Assembly: GCA_022511065.1 (NCBI GenBank)
Contig: JAFLSG010000001.1
Coordinates: 63,801 to 127,800, forward strand
From: Prevotella sp.
Lineage (GTDB): Bacteria; Bacteroidota; Bacteroidia; Bacteroidales; Bacteroidaceae
Direction of reading: 5' to 3'
DNA length: 64,000 bases
The position numbers and the translations under genes were made by a program. Shown here one piece after another: positions 29,770 to 39,747 of this stretch (positions are counted from its first letter, which is position 1; every line of letters starts with the position of its first letter). The notes beneath the pieces were generated by a model. That model ran no database searches, had not been told where the DNA came from, and saw only the letters and a program-made list of their open reading frames with translations.

Positions 29770-29777
29770 TATCTTTG
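29770..29777 (+). promoter_or_regulatory. -7 box (TATCTTTG) for the alkD-like gene
   Basis: The gcgtatctttgc context is also seen at 40817 and 58753. 28 nt upstream of the ATG at 29805. Confidence 0.55.
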
Positions 29778-29804
29778 CGCAAGATTAAATGACGAGGGTT
29801 TATC

Positions 29805-30824
29805 ATGGCAATGACGGCAAAAGAGATTATCAGCTACATGGAAACGCTCCGCGACGAAAAGCAGCGGAAGATACTAATGCGCTTCTTCAAGACGGCACCA
29901 GGGGAGTACGGCTATGGCGACGAATTTCTCGGTATCAAAGTGCCGCGTACGCGGGAGGTGGTGAGAGTGGCAAAGGATTTGGCATTGAGCGAAGTGCCAG
30001 AATTGCTGATGAGCCGTTGGCACGAGGTGAGGCTCTGCGGTCTGCTGATACTTGTCGCAAAGTTTGAAAAGTTGGCGACGAAGCGGTTGGAGAATGATGT
30101 GGAGGCGACTCGCAAGCGTGATGAAATTGTGAAGCTCTATCTGAAATACGCCGAGCGTGCGAATAATTGGGATTTGGTGGACTTGTCCGTTCATAAGATT
30201 ATTGGGCATTGGTTGTTGTTACCGACCTTTCTCGGTAGCATGCCCGAGTATTCACCTGATGGGTTATCATGCGTGAATAAAGGGATAGATTCCAAATCTC
30301 CAATGGAGGATTTAGCATATTCAAGGGTAGGTGAAGAATTCAAAGGGTCTGGTGAAATATTCAGAGAATTAGATGGGGCTTTCAAAGAGGCAGATAGAGG
30401 ACTCATAGAATCAGATTCTAATTTCCCAAAATTAGATGAAAAAACTCAGATGACGAACGGAGAACCTCAAAAAGTAATCCCAAGCCTTAATCGAGCTTAT
30501 AAGCTGACCATCCTCGACTCGTTGGCTCAAAGCCCCTGTCTGTGGCTTCAGCGCATGAGTATCGTCAGTTCTTGGAAGACCTCTCAGCAAGGCGACCCGT
30601 CTTGGTGTCTGCGCTATGCGGAAATTCATCTTCACCATTCCCACGACCTGATGCACAAGGCTGTCGGCTGGATGCTCCGCGAGATGGGTAAGCGTGTCAG
30701 TATGGATCTGCTCCGCGATTTCCTTCGTCAGCATGCCCACGAAATGGCGCGTACCACGCTCCGCTATGCCATAGAGAAGATGTCTGAGCAGGAACGAAGG
30801 ATGTGGATGGCAAAGCCTACTTGA
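29805..30824 (+). CDS. DNA alkylation repair protein (AlkD-like HEAT-repeat glycosylase family) carrying an internal insertion
   Basis: FFKTAPGEYGYGDEFLGIKVP..., NNWDLVD and HKAVGWMLRE are typical of the family. 339 aa against roughly 230-240 aa expected. Confidence 0.75.
   Translation: MAMTAKEIISYMETLRDEKQRKILMRFFKTAPGEYGYGDEFLGIKVPRTREVVRVAKDLALSEVPELLMSRWHEVRLCGLLILVAKFEKLATKRLENDVEATRKRDEIVKLYLKYAERANNWDLVDLSVHKIIGHWLLLPTFLGSMPEYSPDGLSCVNKGIDSKSPMEDLAYSRVGEEFKGSGEIFRELDGAFKEADRGLIESDSNFPKLDEKTQMTNGEPQKVIPSLNRAYKLTILDSLAQSPCLWLQRMSIVSSWKTSQQGDPSWCLRYAEIHLHHSHDLMHKAVGWMLREMGKRVSMDLLRDFLRQHAHEMARTTLRYAIEKMSEQERRMWMAKPT
30234..30506 (+). repeat. in-frame 21-nt (heptad) periodic low-GC insertion inside the alkD-like gene
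   Basis: Codons for F/L/Y recur every 21 nt (30318, 30339, 30360, 30381, 30402, 30423). Units include ttcaaagggtctggtgaaata, ttcagagaattagatggggct and ttcaaagaggcagatagagga. Confidence 0.6.
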
Positions 30825-31334
30825 CCTCACATCAACCAGATTGAAACAAAGGTTGCTTATCAGCCTATTTTTGCACAGGCAATAGCATAGCGGTAGCGAA
30901 AAATAGCGTAAATACTGCCTTTCCATATCATACCAAAAATAGGAGAACGACCTTCCCAGGCCGTTCTCCTTCGTGTTAATCATAGTACCACTTGTAAGTA
31001 GTCCGCTACCGTTATCACCGGTTTAAGACATCCAAGTGAACATCCTTGCTGCTTCAGTAGCAGTTTATTTTTATCTGGTGCAAAGATAATATAATACATT
31101 GAAATAACCAAACAAATTTATAGGTTATTTCAAAAATAACATTTGTTTGAAAAGTTTTATTTCGTTTAACGTAAATAATTGAATATCAATACTATTATGT
31201 TTTAACTTTGTATATTTTACACTTATTTGAAAACCAATGTATAAACATTATATTTTTATACATTTTATTACCTATTATCAATACGTATGTAGCTAAAACG
31301 GAGGGAATTCCTTTGTTTTCACAGGATTTTGCAG

Positions 31335-31342
31335 TAACTTTG
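31335..31342 (+). promoter_or_regulatory. -7 box (TAACTTTG) for metG
   Basis: TAnnTTTG 32 nt upstream of the ATG at 31374. Confidence 0.5.
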
Positions 31343-31373
31343 TACCCAAATTAATAAATACGTATTCAGACAA

Positions 31374-33440
31374 ATGGCAGACAAGAACTTTAAGCGCACC
31401 ACCGTGACGGCAGCATTGCCATATGCCAACGGCGGGGTGCATATTGGACACCTGGCGGGAGTGTATGTGCCCGCTGACATATACGTGCGTTACCTGCGAT
31501 TGAAAAAGCGCGAGGTGATGTTCATCGGTGGAAGCGACGAGCACGGCGTGCCTATCACCATCCGCGCACGCAAGGAGGGCATCACGCCGCAGGACGTGGT
31601 GGACCGCTACCACGAGATGATCAAAAAGAGTTTTGAGGACTTCGGCATCTCGTTCGACATCTACAGCCGCACAACCTCGGAGACGCACCACAAGTTTGCC
31701 GCCGAGTGGTTCCGTAAGCTCTATGACGACGGGAAACTGACGGAGGAGACGACCACGCAACTCTACGACGAGGAGGCAAAGCAATTCCTGGCTGACCGCT
31801 ACGTGACGGGTGAGTGCCCCCACTGCCACGCTGAGGGCGCTTATGGCGACCAGTGCGAGAAATGCGGGCGCGACCTGAGTCCCACGGAGCTGATTAACCC
31901 GAAATCGACCATCAGCGGCTCCACGCCTGTGCTGAAGGAGACGAAAAACTGGTATCTGCCACTGAACGAGTATCAGGAGTGGCTGAAGCAGTGGATCCTG
32001 GAGGAGCACAAGGAGTGGAGGCCCAACGTATATGGGCAATGCAAGTCGTGGCTCGATATGGATCTGCAGCCGCGGGCGATGACGCGCGACCTGGACTGGG
32101 GCATCCCCGTGCCTGTGGAGGGTGCTGACGGTAAGGTGCTCTATGTATGGTTTGACGCACCTATCGGCTACGTGTCGAACACCGTGGAACTCTGTGGGAA
32201 GCAGCCGGAGCGATGGGGCGCGTGGGAGAAGTGGTGGCAGGATGAAGAGACGAGGCTAGTACACTTCATCGGCAAGGACAACATCGTGTTCCACTGTGTG
32301 ATCTTCCCCGTGATGATGCGGGCGCACGGCAAGTATATTATGCCCGACAACGTGCCCGCCAACGAGTTTCTGAACCTGGAGAACGACAAGATCTCCACCT
32401 CGCGTAACTGGGCGGTGTGGCTGCACGAATATCTGGTGGATATGCCCGGAAAGCAGGATGTGCTCCGCTACGTGCTGACCGCCAATGCCCCGGAAACGAA
32501 AGACAACAACTTCACCTGGAAGGACTTCCAAGACCGCAACAACAACGAACTGGTGGCCGTATATGGCAACTTCGTGAACCGTGCGCTGCAACTGACGAAG
32601 AAATACTGGGGGGGCGTGGTGCCTGTGTGCGGAGAACTGCAGGATATCGACCGCGCGGCACTCGATGAGTTCAAGGACGTGAAGGAGAAGGTAGAGAGTC
32701 TGCTTGAGCAGTTTAAGTTCCGCGATGCACAGAAAGAGGCGATGAACCTTGCGCGCATCGGCAACAAGTATATCACCGACTGCGAGCCGTGGAAGGTGGC
32801 GAAGACGGACATGAAGCGCGTGGAGACCATCCTCTACATCTCGTTGCAGCTGACCGCCAATCTTGCCATCGCCTTCGAACCTTTCCTGCCCTTCTCCTCA
32901 AAGCGCCTCCGCGAGATGCTTAACATCAAGCACTTCGAGTGGGAGCAGTTGGGCGGCACCGACCTACTGAAGGCGGGTCACCAATTGGCAGAGCCGAGCC
33001 TGCTGTTCGAGAAGATAGAAGACGCGACCATACAGGCGCAACTCGACAAGCTTGAGGCCACGAAGAAGGCCAACAAGGCGGCAGCCTACAAGGCAGCGCC
33101 CATAAAGGACACCGTATCGTTTGAGGACTTCGAGAAACTCGACATTCGCGTAGGTCTCGTCAAGGACTGCCAGCGGGTGAAGAAATCGAAGAAGCTCCTG
33201 CAGTTCACCATCGACGATGGTTCGGGTACCGACCGCACCATCCTCAGCGGCATTGCCGCCTTCTATGAGGATCCCTCCGCATTGGTGGGCAAGCGTATCC
33301 TCTTCGTTGCCAACTTCGCCCCCCGCGCGATGATGGGTATCGAGAGCCAGGGTATGATCCTCTCCGCCGTGGATGCTGACGAGAGCCTCAGCGTGGTGAC
33401 GACTACGAAAGATGTGAAGCCGGGGAGTCAGGTGGGGTAA
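31374..33440 (+). CDS. metG: methionine--tRNA ligase (with C-terminal tRNA-binding domain)
   Basis: HIGH ([10 protein letters not shown]), the KMSKS-equivalent KISTS, a CxxC zinc knuckle and a Trbp111-like C-terminus. Confidence 0.97.
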   Translation: MADKNFKRTTVTAALPYANGGVHIGHLAGVYVPADIYVRYLRLKKREVMFIGGSDEHGVPITIRARKEGITPQDVVDRYHEMIKKSFEDFGISFDIYSRTTSETHHKFAAEWFRKLYDDGKLTEETTTQLYDEEAKQFLADRYVTGECPHCHAEGAYGDQCEKCGRDLSPTELINPKSTISGSTPVLKETKNWYLPLNEYQEWLKQWILEEHKEWRPNVYGQCKSWLDMDLQPRAMTRDLDWGIPVPVEGADGKVLYVWFDAPIGYVSNTVELCGKQPERWGAWEKWWQDEETRLVHFIGKDNIVFHCVIFPVMMRAHGKYIMPDNVPANEFLNLENDKISTSRNWAVWLHEYLVDMPGKQDVLRYVLTANAPETKDNNFTWKDFQDRNNNELVAVYGNFVNRALQLTKKYWGGVVPVCGELQDIDRAALDEFKDVKEKVESLLEQFKFRDAQKEAMNLARIGNKYITDCEPWKVAKTDMKRVETILYISLQLTANLAIAFEPFLPFSSKRLREMLNIKHFEWEQLGGTDLLKAGHQLAEPSLLFEKIEDATIQAQLDKLEATKKANKAAAYKAAPIKDTVSFEDFEKLDIRVGLVKDCQRVKKSKKLLQFTIDDGSGTDRTILSGIAAFYEDPSALVGKRILFVANFAPRAMMGIESQGMILSAVDADESLSVVTTTKDVKPGSQVG

Positions 33441-33452
33441 CAGACGAAAAAG

Positions 33453-35273
33453 ATGCAGGCGATAATCTTGGCGGCGGGTATGGGCCGCAGGTTGGGAGAC
33501 TACACGCGGGACAATACGAAATGTATGGTTCCTGTGAATGGCGTGAGGCTCATCGACCGTCTGCTGAATCAGTTGGCACAGCAGCCATTGGAGCGAGTAA
33601 CCATCGTCGTAGGCTACAAAGGGCAGGAACTGAAGGACTATATAAGTCATCGCTACGATGACCGTCTGAGAATCGAGTATGCTGAGAATCCTGTTTATGA
33701 CAAGACCAACAACATCTACTCGCTGGCGTTGGTGAAAGACAGGTTACAGGAAGACGACACGCTACTAATAGAGAGCGACCTCATTTTCAGTGACCGTCTC
33801 ATCCCCATGATTGTTGAGAATCCCTATCCAAACCTTGCGCTGGTTGCGAAATACGAAGCATGGATGGACGGGACGATGGTGCGCATAGACCACGACAACA
33901 ACATCATCAACTTCGTACCCAAGAAGGCTTTCCGATACGAGGACGTTGGCCAGTATTACAAGACGGTCAATATCTACAAGTTCTCCCGCGAGTTCTCCCG
34001 TCAGAAGTACGTGCCATTCCTCGATGCCTATAGCAAGGCAATGGGCAACAATGAATACTATGAGCAGGTGCTGCGGGTCATCACGCTGATTGACAGCGTG
34101 GATCTGAAAGCGTTGCCGATTGGGAATGAGAAATGGTATGAGATAGACGATGTGCAAGACTTGGATATTGCCGAGACGATCTTTGCTGAAGGCGACGAGA
34201 TGCTGCGTCGGTTTAACTATCGCTATGGAGGCCACTGGCGCTTTCCGAAGATGTTGGACTACTGCTATCTGGTGAATCCCTATTTCCCGACGCCGCGTAT
34301 GAAAGACGAGTTGCGTTCGAATTTCGATAAACTGCTCACGGAATATCCTTCGGGTATGTCAGTGATGCAACTATTGGCTGGGAAATATTTCGGCATTAAG
34401 TGCGACTATACGGTTGTGGGCAATGGAGCGGCAGAACTCATCAAGAGCCTGATGGGGCGGCATGAGGGGAAGATAGGAGTCGTCTATCCCACGTTTGAAG
34501 AGTATCCCAATCGGCTCAGGAAGGAAGACATCATTTCCTATTTCCCCGACAATCAAGACTTGAAATATACAGCGGAAGACTTGATAGGCTTCTTTGCCGG
34601 CAAAGGCATCAAGACGCTGCTGATTATCAACCCCGACAATCCCTCGGGTAATTTCATACCCCAAAGCGGGCTGCTGCGGCTTTGTGAATGGAGCAAAGCG
34701 CAGAATATCAATCTCGTAGTAGATGAATCGTTCGTTGATTTCAGCGATGACTTCGAGAACAATTCGTTGATACACGATGAGATTCTGGAGCAATATCCGC
34801 GATTAGTGGTGATGAAAAGCATTTCCAAGTCATACGGCGTACCAGGTCTTCGTCTGGGAATTATGGCGAGTGCCGACACCAAACTGATTCAGCAGGTAAA
34901 ACGTGATGTGGCCATCTGGAATATCAACTCGTTTGCCGAGTTCTATCTGCAAATCTTCGGAAAGTACGAGGCAGACTATCATAAGGCGTGCCATCAATTT
35001 ATCAAAGAGCGGAATCGCTTTGAGAAGATGCTGCGCCAAATCTCTTACTTGAGGGTGATACCCACACAGGCTAATTACTTCTGCCTTGAGGTGATGAATA
35101 AATTCACTACCGAAGAACTCACAAAGCGATTGTTGGCTGACTATGAGATAATGATTAAGGATTGCAACTCGAAGAACTACCTGAGAGGAAAGAACTATAT
35201 CCGAGTCTCTATCCGAAATAGCGCTGATAATAATCAACTGTTTGCGGCACTTAAAGAGTTAGACGAGCAATGA
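33453..35273 (+). CDS. bifunctional LicC-like nucleotidyltransferase / class I-II PLP aminotransferase (CobD/HisC-like) fusion
   Basis: N-terminus MQAIILAAGMGRRLG (NTP-transferase). C-terminus NPDNPSGN...SKSYGVPGLRLG (PLP lysine region). Confidence 0.8.
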   Translation: MQAIILAAGMGRRLGDYTRDNTKCMVPVNGVRLIDRLLNQLAQQPLERVTIVVGYKGQELKDYISHRYDDRLRIEYAENPVYDKTNNIYSLALVKDRLQEDDTLLIESDLIFSDRLIPMIVENPYPNLALVAKYEAWMDGTMVRIDHDNNIINFVPKKAFRYEDVGQYYKTVNIYKFSREFSRQKYVPFLDAYSKAMGNNEYYEQVLRVITLIDSVDLKALPIGNEKWYEIDDVQDLDIAETIFAEGDEMLRRFNYRYGGHWRFPKMLDYCYLVNPYFPTPRMKDELRSNFDKLLTEYPSGMSVMQLLAGKYFGIKCDYTVVGNGAAELIKSLMGRHEGKIGVVYPTFEEYPNRLRKEDIISYFPDNQDLKYTAEDLIGFFAGKGIKTLLIINPDNPSGNFIPQSGLLRLCEWSKAQNINLVVDESFVDFSDDFENNSLIHDEILEQYPRLVVMKSISKSYGVPGLRLGIMASADTKLIQQVKRDVAIWNINSFAEFYLQIFGKYEADYHKACHQFIKERNRFEKMLRQISYLRVIPTQANYFCLEVMNKFTTEELTKRLLADYEIMIKDCNSKNYLRGKNYIRVSIRNSADNNQLFAALKELDEQ

Positions 35274-36274
35274 GGGTCTGTATTTGCGGTGGCGGGAATT
35301 TAGGGCATGTTGTAGCAGGGTTCATCGCTGCCCAGAATCTGCATGAGGTCATTTTATTCACTCGCCGACCAGAGCAATGGAGTCGCCAGTTGGTTGTGGC
35401 GACTCCTTCGGGTGAGGAGTTATCGGGGCAACTTTATGGTATTTATAGCGACCCGCAAAAAGCAGTTAGCGGTGCAGACATTGTGCTGCTTTGCCTGCCA
35501 GGGTTCTCAATACACGAGGTGCTTTTGCAGATAAAGGATTACCTGAAACCATCAACTGCCGTCGGGAGTGTGGTCAGCAGTACAGGCTTCTTCTTCGAGG
35601 CGATGAATGTGCTGCCGCCAACAACTTCCCTGTTTGGTTTCCAGCGTGTGCCATTCATCTCCCGTCTTGTGGACTACGGCCATCGGGCACGATTATTAGG
35701 TTATAAGGATTGTCTCCATTTGGCAATAGAGCGACTGAATGAAAAAGAAGAGTTGCGCTCGGCATTGGAAACAATGCTCCGCACTCCGATTCGATTGTTG
35801 AACAATCATTATGAGGCCAGCCTCTCCAACAGTAATCCGTTGCTCCATCCGTCGCGCCTTTATTCTCTTTGGCACAACTGGCATGAAGGGGAAGTCTATT
35901 CGCGCATTCCTCTTTTCTATGAGGAATGGACGGAAGAGGCAGCCCGACTTTATATCGATATGGACAACGAATTGCAGGCTTTGCTGCAAGTTCTTCCCGT
36001 TGCACCAGGATGCGTCATGCCTATATTGGAATTTTATGAAAGTCACGATGCAGAATCACTGGCCCGAAAACTGCGCAGCATTACAGCCTTCAAGGGTATT
36101 GCCGCCCCGATGCGGAAAGTAGATGAAGGATATGTTCCCGACTTTAACAGTCGTTATTTTCGGGAAGACTTTCCTTTCGGCTTAGAGATTCTCGCCCGTT
36201 TGGCACAAGAAAAAGGAATCCCCGCACCGACAATAGACCGTGTTTGTGAGTGGGGAATGAGTTGTTTAAACTAA
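35270..36274 (+). CDS. NAD(P)-dependent octopine/nopaline (opine) dehydrogenase family protein
   Basis: Rossmann N-terminus ICGGGNLGHV. Family assignment by overall resemblance. ATGA overlap with the upstream gene. Confidence 0.6.
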   Translation: MRVCICGGGNLGHVVAGFIAAQNLHEVILFTRRPEQWSRQLVVATPSGEELSGQLYGIYSDPQKAVSGADIVLLCLPGFSIHEVLLQIKDYLKPSTAVGSVVSSTGFFFEAMNVLPPTTSLFGFQRVPFISRLVDYGHRARLLGYKDCLHLAIERLNEKEELRSALETMLRTPIRLLNNHYEASLSNSNPLLHPSRLYSLWHNWHEGEVYSRIPLFYEEWTEEAARLYIDMDNELQALLQVLPVAPGCVMPILEFYESHDAESLARKLRSITAFKGIAAPMRKVDEGYVPDFNSRYFREDFPFGLEILARLAQEKGIPAPTIDRVCEWGMSCLN

Positions 36275-36285
36275 CTTGTAAGACA

Positions 36286-37095
36286 ATGCAACTATCCATC
36301 ACCCCCGAAGAACTTCGCCAGCGATTCAATCCTGACGACTCCCTGTTGAGACGGCAACAGATGCGGATGCTGGAAATCCTTTTGGAGGTGGATCGTATAT
36401 GCAAGAAACATAAGATACCGTATTGGCTGGGCAGCGGAACATTGCTCGGAGCGATGCGCCATCGTGGTTTTATTCCGTGGGATGATGACCTCGACATTGA
36501 GATGCTTTGGGAAGACTATCAGCGGCTGCTGAAAGTATTGCCCGTGGAACTGCCACCTAATATGGCACTGCAATGCACACAGACGGATCGCAACTATTTC
36601 TATTTCTATGCAAAGGTGCGCGACCGCCGCTCTCATTTAGAGGAAGTCAATCGGTATGATCGTTTCTGGAAGGAACAGGGTGTTTACATAGATGTATTTC
36701 CCGTTCATCGCCATCCAATATGGCTTCATCTGCTGTCGGAGAAATTGCAAGGGCATGTCTATAAGATCATAAGGCAAATGGGCGAAGATGACAAAGAGAT
36801 GTGGAAAGTAAGGCTTATTACCCGAATGAACGAAAAGGTGCTTTACCCGATGATGCGTGCCTTCAGCCGATTACTGAAAGCAAAAGGAACATTGGGCTTT
36901 GGTATTCCCTTTCACTCACCCCGCCCGATAGAGACTATTCTGCCGCTAACTGAAGCAGAATTCGAGGGGCATACGTTTCCCGTGCCCAATGACAGCCACA
37001 CCCTCTTGACCTTATTATATGGCGACTATATGCAACTGCCCGATGTGAACAAATTACAATTGCACGTAGGGAAATTAGAGATTTACGACGAATAG
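36286..37095 (+). CDS. LicD family phosphotransferase
   Basis: YWLGSGTLLGAMRHRGFIPWDDDLDI motif. The ATG at 36286 is preferred over the listed GTG at 36250. Confidence 0.8.
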   Translation: MQLSITPEELRQRFNPDDSLLRRQQMRMLEILLEVDRICKKHKIPYWLGSGTLLGAMRHRGFIPWDDDLDIEMLWEDYQRLLKVLPVELPPNMALQCTQTDRNYFYFYAKVRDRRSHLEEVNRYDRFWKEQGVYIDVFPVHRHPIWLHLLSEKLQGHVYKIIRQMGEDDKEMWKVRLITRMNEKVLYPMMRAFSRLLKAKGTLGFGIPFHSPRPIETILPLTEAEFEGHTFPVPNDSHTLLTLLYGDYMQLPDVNKLQLHVGKLEIYDE

Positions 37096-37101
37096 GCAAA
37101 T

Positions 37102-38547
37102 ATGGCGGAAAGTCTGAAGGAGAAAACGGCGAAAGGATTGTTCTGGGGAGGTATGAACAACAGCGTGCAGCAATTGCTTGGATTGTTGTTCGGCATCATC
37201 CTCGGGCGCATCCTCTCTCCTACTGACTATGGTATGATTGCGATGATCAGTGTCTTCTCGCTGATAGCAACAGAATTGCAGACGGGAGGATTCAAGACGG
37301 CATTGACTAACCTGGACGATCCATCGCCCAATGACTATAACGCCGTATTCTGGTTTAATATTCTTATGGGCAGCGGATTGTATGTTATCTTGTTTTTCTG
37401 CGCCCCACTGATTGCAGCCTATTACCACACACCCGAACTCATCCCATTATGCCGCTACGCATTTCTCGGATTCGTATTCTCCAGTTTTGGTGCAGCACAA
37501 TCGGCCTATCTTTTCAAGAACTTGCGCGCCAAGCAACAAGCCAAGGCGGGTATGACGGCGGTGTTGCTCTCAAGCACCATCGGCGTTACGATGGCTTGGA
37601 AGGGATATAGTTACTGGGCATTAGCCACCCAGACAAACATCTACGTGCTGACTTGCACCCTGCTCTACTGGCATTATTCCCCGTGGCGACCCTCGTGGCA
37701 CGTGGACTTCACACCGATTAAGCGAATGTTCCGCTTCAGCAGCAAGATACTGGTGTCGGGCATACTGACCTGTATCAACAACAGCGTGCTTAATATCCTG
37801 TTGGGACGCTACTATTCTGCACAAGCTACGGGTTATTATAACCAAGCCTATCAATGGAACACCAAATGCTATTACATGCTGCAAGGAATGCTCACGCAAG
37901 TTTCACAACCAGTAATGGTAAGTATTCGTGATGACCATGAGCGGCGTTTACGTGTGCTGCGTAAACTGATGCGCTTCACCGCTTTTATCAGTTTCCCCCT
38001 GTTGTTCGGTTTTGGATTGGTGGCAAAAGAGTTGATAGTGATAACTATCAGCGAGAAGTGGCTTGATAGTGTTCAACTATTACAATTGTTGTGCATTAGC
38101 GGAGCTTTTATGCCGCTGAACACAGTTATGTCGAACACGGTTATAAGTTGTGGACGGAGTGGCATCTATCTCTGGTGTACCGCTGTCTTAGGCGCGCTGC
38201 AAGTCTTGCTGATGATAAGCATCTATCCATTGGGCATTCAGACGATGGTGGCTGCCAATGTAGCACTTAATATCTTATGGGTGTTCGTATGGCACTACTT
38301 CACGCAACGGCTAACGGGCTATCGGCTCACGATGCTACTGAAAGATATTATACCCTTTGCCTTTGTTGCCGTGGCTGTACTTGCGGCTACTTACGAAATT
38401 ACACGTTGGATTAATGCGCCCTTTGCACTAATGATGGCAAAGATTATCATTGCCGCCCTGCTATATTATACGGTGATGAAAATAGCACGCGTACGCATTT
38501 TGGATGACTGCATAGATTTCCTTTTGCGCCGGCATACGCACTATTAA
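37102..38547 (+). CDS. oligosaccharide flippase (Wzx/MOP superfamily)
   Basis: 481 aa, about 12-14 TM helices, N-terminus typical of polysaccharide biosynthesis proteins. Confidence 0.8.
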   Translation: MAESLKEKTAKGLFWGGMNNSVQQLLGLLFGIILGRILSPTDYGMIAMISVFSLIATELQTGGFKTALTNLDDPSPNDYNAVFWFNILMGSGLYVILFFCAPLIAAYYHTPELIPLCRYAFLGFVFSSFGAAQSAYLFKNLRAKQQAKAGMTAVLLSSTIGVTMAWKGYSYWALATQTNIYVLTCTLLYWHYSPWRPSWHVDFTPIKRMFRFSSKILVSGILTCINNSVLNILLGRYYSAQATGYYNQAYQWNTKCYYMLQGMLTQVSQPVMVSIRDDHERRLRVLRKLMRFTAFISFPLLFGFGLVAKELIVITISEKWLDSVQLLQLLCISGAFMPLNTVMSNTVISCGRSGIYLWCTAVLGALQVLLMISIYPLGIQTMVAANVALNILWVFVWHYFTQRLTGYRLTMLLKDIIPFAFVAVAVLAATYEITRWINAPFALMMAKIIIAALLYYTVMKIARVRILDDCIDFLLRRHTHY

Positions 38548-39629
38548 CGCCCGAATAGATATTTCTTGAAAAATGGGCTGATGCGCAGAATATTGCTGGT
38601 GATGATGCAGAAGCCAATAATAAGCAATGCCACAACTACCGACATTGTTGTATCAATCACAAAGTTATGCTTATGCTCGTTAAAGAAAGTACCTATATCC
38701 GGTAGATTGGGCATAAAGAAGAAATGCAGTACATAGATATCAAGCGTGCGCCTGCCGATATATTGCAAAGAACGTCCAATCCAAGTTTGCTGCGAAAAAT
38801 AGTCCTGATAATGGCGGAAGTACATAAAGGCGATGGTCAATAGACAGAACATTGCCAGCGTTCGAGGAATGTTAGTCCACTCCATACGCAGCGTATGCCA
38901 TTTCAGCACATCCATCGTTGAGAGAATCACAATCACGATGAGCACAGGGAAGAACCATCGTGAGTCCATAATACGCTGCGTCTGACTCCAGTAGCGATGC
39001 ACGATGTTGCCATAGAGGAAGAACGGGAAATAACGAAACAATTCCACTACACTGGAGTAGCACATGAATTCGTTGGGAGTTCCCTTGTATCCCTGCGCCC
39101 ATGAGAATGTGCGCGGCAGATAGCACGTTTCATAGCATAAGAGAGAGATAATCAGCAATATCGTGATGGGCAGCCATGACGGAAGCCGCAGCTTACTTTC
39201 AATATAGCAGAACACATAATATATCAGCAACATATACAATAGCACCAACGTAAACCAATAACCGCTTTTCATCGATGAATGAAGCCCCTCTAACACCGAC
39301 TCCCAAAAGTGAGCGGGAATCAGAGCCATGAAAAGCGTGAAGAATACTACCGTAGGCACTAATTGCACACGTATTTTCTTTAGCGAGAGGTCACGCAATA
39401 CCCGCACATTCCATACCAATCCTGCCTTGTAAGCTAAGAAGCCGCTGATGAAGAAAAACAGCGGCATACGGAATAGCAGCAGAAACGGTAGTGAGGATGA
39501 TAGCTTAGGAAGCTGAAAAAAGGCTTGTTGCGCTACATGATTGGCAACCACCAGTATCATCGTAAATCCCCGCAATGCGTCAAGCCAGTGAAGGCGTTGC
39601 TTTTTCTCTGTAATCTTAGCTTCTAACAT
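38544..39629 (-). CDS. acyltransferase family 3 (O-acyltransferase) membrane protein
   Basis: WLDALRGFTMILVVANH N-terminus, about 10 TM helices. Confidence 0.8.
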   Translation of the reverse strand: MLEAKITEKKQRLHWLDALRGFTMILVVANHVAQQAFFQLPKLSSSLPFLLLFRMPLFFFISGFLAYKAGLVWNVRVLRDLSLKKIRVQLVPTVVFFTLFMALIPAHFWESVLEGLHSSMKSGYWFTLVLLYMLLIYYVFCYIESKLRLPSWLPITILLIISLLCYETCYLPRTFSWAQGYKGTPNEFMCYSSVVELFRYFPFFLYGNIVHRYWSQTQRIMDSRWFFPVLIVIVILSTMDVLKWHTLRMEWTNIPRTLAMFCLLTIAFMYFRHYQDYFSQQTWIGRSLQYIGRRTLDIYVLHFFFMPNLPDIGTFFNEHKHNFVIDTTMSVVVALLIIGFCIITSNILRISPFFKKYLFGR

Positions 39630-39707
39630 TGTAACAATATTGTCTATTGGCCGGCAATATTACATAATTTTTTTGTAAATCACAAACACTTACATCAAAA
39701 TTTTGCT

Positions 39708-39715
39708 TATCTTTG
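39708..39715 (+). promoter_or_regulatory. -7 box (TATCTTTG)
   Basis: TAnnTTTG 33 nt upstream of the ATG at 39748. Confidence 0.5.
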
Positions 39716-39747
39716 CACAGCAATAGTGCTAAAAAACATATAAACAG

